A stretch of DNA of 64,000 nt from Cyanobacteria bacterium auto_48_18 (GTDB lineage: Bacteria; Cyanobacteriota; Vampirovibrionia; Obscuribacterales; Obscuribacteraceae), in contig JAVHQC010000015.1 in assembly GCA_036170915.1 (NCBI GenBank), forward strand, positions 1 through 64,000, given 5' to 3'. The notes under the pieces were generated by a model that had not been told where the DNA came from, did not search any database, and was given only the letters and a program-made list of their open reading frames with translations. Numbering within the stretch: the stretch's first letter is position 1; each line of letters starts with the position of its first letter. Positions 60,107-64,000 of this stretch are shown piece after piece. The translations under genes and the position numbers were made by a program.

Positions 60107-62686
60107 TTACATCAAAGTGACGTCCACCGGCGGGATTTGCGGAATCCGTTGCCCAGTTTTAGGGTCGGTTAATGTGGCTCCTTGAAGAGCATTTTTCAAC
60201 TGCTCGTCGAGTAGAACCACTGGTGCACGCAGCTGCCATTCACAGGCTAGACTCGGACACTCAGCGTCTGTTTCTTTGTCTTCTTTGGGCTGACACCACC
60301 GCCTGATGTTTGATGCTACAGCTTGCCCTCCGCGCCCTGGTTCACGGCAAGCGACATAATCGCGAGCGAGCACCGACCAACTAACTAAATTTGTGCTGAA
60401 AGCTTTTTGCGCATAAAAGAGCAGTTGGTTTTCACTGACAGGCAGCCCCTTAAACGGATACTCTGCATAACTCTGAGGTGTGGATGATTTTGTCGCACTT
60501 TCAAAATTTGTCGTGTGCAGCGCACGTGAGTCGTAAACTATTGTTTCCGGTGCTGCGGGTAGCACAGGTAGTTCCTCTGCGAGCAGATCTGAAATCGGGC
60601 GACCTTCGGCAAATATTTGAGTGTCAGGCAGTTTTGTGAAGTCGTGTACTCGGCCGAAAACCAATAACTTATCCTGCAGCCATCCTGATTTTGCTGACTT
60701 GCCACTACCCGGAGTTTCCACTTCAAGATCGGCCTGTGCAAAAATTTCTGCTTCCGATAGTGCCACTAAACGCGGTGCAAAGATAAAGCGTTTGCCCAGT
60801 AGAAAAGCCCCCTGTAAACTGGTCGAGTCCATTCTATAAATTCCTGAGCTGCATACTTGCATCAAGCGGTTGCTAAGATCAAATGATTGCCTGGCTGCAG
60901 AAATAGCATTGTTTCTGGCCGTGTGTGCAAATGATAAAACAATCGCCAGCCGTTTTTGTTCAGCCTGTTCATACTCAAGACTTGTTTCCAGGGCGGCAAT
61001 ATCGTCTTTTAGAATTTTGTTTTTAGCTGTTTGTGTTTCTTTGCGCATGCTGTCTTTCATCGACGAAAGATCTGCTTGCTTAAGCACAATGCGATCTCGC
61101 GTGTCGCGAAAAGCTTTATGAGCTGCCAGCTCAACCAGGCGCGCGGTAGCCATGGTATCTTGCGCTGCTAGATTCGTGCCATAAATTTCAGTCAAAAGGT
61201 CGGTGGTCAGCACTCTTTCAAACTTATTGCGACCTGGGGTAAATGCATCGCCTTTACTGTCGACAATCAGTGGCAGCGCTGAAGATGGGTAATTAATGGC
61301 CTGTTCCGAAAAGCAATTGCGCAGCGCTTTTTGACCGGCTTCCTGTGGTCCTGTTTGATGTAAAAATGCCAGCGCACGAGCATCTGTGTCTGAAACCAGA
61401 CAGCTATTAACCGATGATTGCCAGCCAACATTTTCTTCATTGTCGTCACTATCGCTTGCAGCTTTATTGCCGGAGTTAGGCCGACGGGCCTCTAATTTCG
61501 CCCAGGGTGCTTTAACAATCTCGGCTAACCGCTGGGGGTTCACAGGCTCGTTCAATTGCCGCAGCCAGTGATAGAAGGCAATGCTGAGCGCGTCGCGTCC
61601 ATCCATATCAATTAGTACTGGCGCTACAGGCGGTGCTAGTGAACCAGTGCCAGGCACCGGTCCTTTATTGGTTTGTTGCCATTCTCCGTGGCCCGTAAAC
61701 TGGGAGCTCTTAAACAAATCGGCCAGGCAAGTAAAGGTCTGCGGCCTGCCTTGGGGAAACGTTAAAACCAAACAGGTGGGTGCGCCTCTGCTGCCTGTGG
61801 GTACGGTCTTATTAATTGTTTTTGCAAAGCGAAAAGTATCATTACCGCATAATAGACAAAGGCGACGGCGGCTGAGCAGCTTGGCTCGATTCTTACCGGT
61901 GCTGGTTTCGTATTCGGCGGTAATTAAAATTGCCGTAGGCAGCTGCTCTGCTGTGGCCGGGGCAAATTTCTCGACTGCTACCAGCGTGGTGGCATTGGCT
62001 TGCTGATGAAATACTAGCGGTTCATTCTCTGGTATCGGTACTGGTGCCAAAGCGAGTATTGTGCCGTTGCGCACATAGGGTGATTTTAGTTCATTGGGCG
62101 CTGCCGGGATGGTGGTAGCAGAATAGGTCTGCCCCGCCTGGTCAACTATGCCTAGATTAAGTGTTAGTGCCGTTAAGTGACTGCCAGCGCGCGTGTGGTG
62201 CGCCAGGAAGTTTTTAATTTGCAAATAGGTAGAGCCGCCGTGATCTACTTCGGCATTGAGCAAGGCTTTCAACTTATCATTGAGCTTACGCGCCGTGGTT
62301 AAATCGGCCGCGGTTTGTTTACTCATTGCTGAAAGCTGATATTGGTGGCTCACAAGAGCGGCCTGACGCAGCAGTGAAAATACAGTGTTAACGCTGCGAA
62401 TTTTGCCTGCACCGCCGGCGCTTGCAATCGGTTTATCTTGAATGCCGATAGTTCCGAAAGCCGAATCGAATACTGTGGTCGCTGTGAGGTTGTTAACCGC
62501 TATTTCGCCGGCTTTTTCGAGGGGGTCAGCTTCGACATTGTCGATGTTAAACCAGGCCAGGGTCAACACATAAGCGCTGATAAGCCCGCTGGCTGCCAGT
62601 GTCGAAAACCATAAAACGCCTATGGAGCCCCAGTCTATGGTTTTGCTAACAGCCGCAGTTTTATCGTTTGTTTGAGTCTTAACCAA
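60107..62686 (-). CDS. Large hypothetical protein with N-terminal membrane anchor and a coiled coil
   Basis: 859-aa ORF, one N-terminal TM segment; no motif recognised. Confidence 0.7.
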   Translation of the reverse strand: MVKTQTNDKTAAVSKTIDWGSIGVLWFSTLAASGLISAYVLTLAWFNIDNVEADPLEKAGEIAVNNLTATTVFDSAFGTIGIQDKPIASAGGAGKIRSVNTVFSLLRQAALVSHQYQLSAMSKQTAADLTTARKLNDKLKALLNAEVDHGGSTYLQIKNFLAHHTRAGSHLTALTLNLGIVDQAGQTYSATTIPAAPNELKSPYVRNGTILALAPVPIPENEPLVFHQQANATTLVAVEKFAPATAEQLPTAILITAEYETSTGKNRAKLLSRRRLCLLCGNDTFRFAKTINKTVPTGSRGAPTCLVLTFPQGRPQTFTCLADLFKSSQFTGHGEWQQTNKGPVPGTGSLAPPVAPVLIDMDGRDALSIAFYHWLRQLNEPVNPQRLAEIVKAPWAKLEARRPNSGNKAASDSDDNEENVGWQSSVNSCLVSDTDARALAFLHQTGPQEAGQKALRNCFSEQAINYPSSALPLIVDSKGDAFTPGRNKFERVLTTDLLTEIYGTNLAAQDTMATARLVELAAHKAFRDTRDRIVLKQADLSSMKDSMRKETQTAKNKILKDDIAALETSLEYEQAEQKRLAIVLSFAHTARNNAISAARQSFDLSNRLMQVCSSGIYRMDSTSLQGAFLLGKRFIFAPRLVALSEAEIFAQADLEVETPGSGKSAKSGWLQDKLLVFGRVHDFTKLPDTQIFAEGRPISDLLAEELPVLPAAPETIVYDSRALHTTNFESATKSSTPQSYAEYPFKGLPVSENQLLFYAQKAFSTNLVSWSVLARDYVACREPGRGGQAVASNIRRWCQPKEDKETDAECPSLACEWQLRAPVVLLDEQLKNALQGATLTDPKTGQRIPQIPPVDVTLM

Positions 62687-62761
62687 AGGTTGTACGCTTT
62701 AAATTATGCTTGAACCAACTGATTTAATCCTAACACTAAAGGCCCGCCACAAAGAATGGTA

Positions 62762-62839
62762 CTCTGATATTTGAGACTCTGATACCTGGTCCTCTGATAT
62801 TTGATATTGATATTTGATATTGATATTGGTATTGGTATC
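62762..62839. repeat. Low-complexity intergenic repeat
   Basis: CTCTGATA at 62762, 62777 and 62792 (15-bp period) running into (T)TGATAT/TGGTAT units. Confidence 0.8.
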
Positions 62840-63847
62840 ATGCCTGGTGTGGTTATTCGCTTGAAATCATTTCCGCTATTAGCTTTTTGCCTGGCCGCTT
62901 TGTTGACAGCGGCTCCTGCGGCGGAGGCTCTTGGCCAGGTGGACGGCAAGCAGCAAGAGAGCCTGGGCGCGAGGCTGAAAGCGGTAGATTTGCTGATTAA
63001 AGAAGGCTCGCTTTTGCCTGCTCGGTCGGCTGTGGAAAATTTGCTTGGCCAATATCCAGATGATACCGATGTGGCCCTGAGCGCGGCAAGGCTCTACGAA
63101 AAAATGGGCCTGTCCGCTTTCGCTATTATGCAATTTGAAAAGGTCAGGCAGGTGCGGCCACTTTTGGTGGAGCCTCTGGTTGCCCTGTCTAAACTCCATC
63201 TAGAAAATCTCTCCACCGAATTAGCGGTGCGTTTGGCTAGTGAAGCGGTGTCTATGGAGCCAAAATCGAGGGAGGCTCAACTTGCTCTGGTGACCGCTTT
63301 ACTCGCGGCACAATCTGTCAAGCAAGCGCAGAAACAAGCGGTCATTTTAGATCGAATGTACCCAAACGATCCGCGCGTTGAGCACGTTTTGGCCAATGTC
63401 GCTCAAGCTTTTGGTGAAAATAAAAAGGCCATCGCTTTGATGCGCAAAGCATGCGAAGCGCGTCCGGCAGAGCAATCGTGGTGGCTGGAGCTGGCCGAAC
63501 TTTATAGCGCCAACCAAGATTATGAGAAGGCTCAGGAAGTTTTAAAAGGCGTCTTGAGTCGCGATTCTCAATCTTTGAAAGCCTTAGATCGCTTGGCCCA
63601 CTTGAACGAATTTGCTTTACACGATTATATGGCGGCGCGTGCCAATTACGGCCAAATCAAACAGCTGCTGCCAGATTCTACTTCAGCGCAGGCCGGCATG
63701 AACCGCTGCTTGACGAAACAGGGTGACCTGGCGCTCAATTTGCGCAATTTCGTGCGCAGGCTTTTTCGCCTGCGGGCTAATGAGTTTAAAGATGAAGAGG
63801 GCGCAAGCGATTTGCCTGCGCCCGATACTTCATACGGTGCTCAATAA
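62840..63847 (+). CDS. Secreted TPR-repeat protein
   Basis: Signal peptide ending AEA; several TPR motifs; start placed at ATG 62840. Confidence 0.8.
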   Translation: MPGVVIRLKSFPLLAFCLAALLTAAPAAEALGQVDGKQQESLGARLKAVDLLIKEGSLLPARSAVENLLGQYPDDTDVALSAARLYEKMGLSAFAIMQFEKVRQVRPLLVEPLVALSKLHLENLSTELAVRLASEAVSMEPKSREAQLALVTALLAAQSVKQAQKQAVILDRMYPNDPRVEHVLANVAQAFGENKKAIALMRKACEARPAEQSWWLELAELYSANQDYEKAQEVLKGVLSRDSQSLKALDRLAHLNEFALHDYMAARANYGQIKQLLPDSTSAQAGMNRCLTKQGDLALNLRNFVRRLFRLRANEFKDEEGASDLPAPDTSYGAQ

Positions 63848-63863
63848 ATTCAACCTGCTCAGA

Positions 63864-64000
63864 TTACTGGCTGGCTTTGCTCAAGACTCGTTTTGGACCG
63901 TGAATCGGATCTTCAATGACAACGGTTTTGTCGCGAGTTGGTCCTACGCTGACGATTGCCACTGGGCAATCTAATTCTTCAGCGATAAAGTCGAGATAAC
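63864..64000 (-). CDS. purA: Adenylosuccinate synthetase, C-terminal fragment (gene continues beyond the window)
   Basis: Manual translation [48 protein letters not shown] matches the cyanobacterial-type PurA C-terminus. Confidence 0.85.
   Translation of the reverse strand, partial: YLDFIAEELDCPVAIVSVGPTRDKTVVIEDPIHGPKRVLSKASQ

Overview
64-kb bacterial chromosomal window, most likely from a non-photosynthetic cyanobacterial relative (Melainabacteria/Vampirovibrionia, Obscuribacter-like). This is an inference from the cyanobacterial-type PurA C-terminus (EDPIHGPKR), an RRM-type RNA-binding protein, a stand-alone TonB C-terminal protein and the absence of photosynthesis genes in this window. 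About 17-64 kb is mostly housekeeping, transport and signalling (pyrG, gatC, corA, uup-like ABC-F, polA, csaA, 3' end of purA, MFS/APC/CaCA/AI-2E transporters, histidine kinases). About 1-17 kb is accessory. The main discovery is a tightly packed minus-strand operon (11865->7748). It has three tandem paralogous ~330-aa signal-peptide-bearing helical proteins that all end in C-G-x-L-x-W-W-(variable)-C-G-M-G-stop, followed by a DUF692/MNIO enzyme and a 68-aa probable partner. The CGMG tail matches the end of the CPACGMG core of the ChrA peptide modified by the MNIO ChrH, so this looks like a RiPP-type system acting on large exported proteins. The operon sits in an interleaved repeat structure (A-Fic-B-A'-operon-B') whose B element holds a sigma70-like promoter with a palindrome. 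Other oddities: an HTH-IF3 fusion paralogue, two apparent pseudoenzymes (PafA-like phosphatase, nucleotidyltransferase), two genes broken by single lesions, and orphan antitoxins. No rRNA, tRNA, CRISPR array, transposase or integrase was recognised. All family calls are by eye from motifs; no database search was run.
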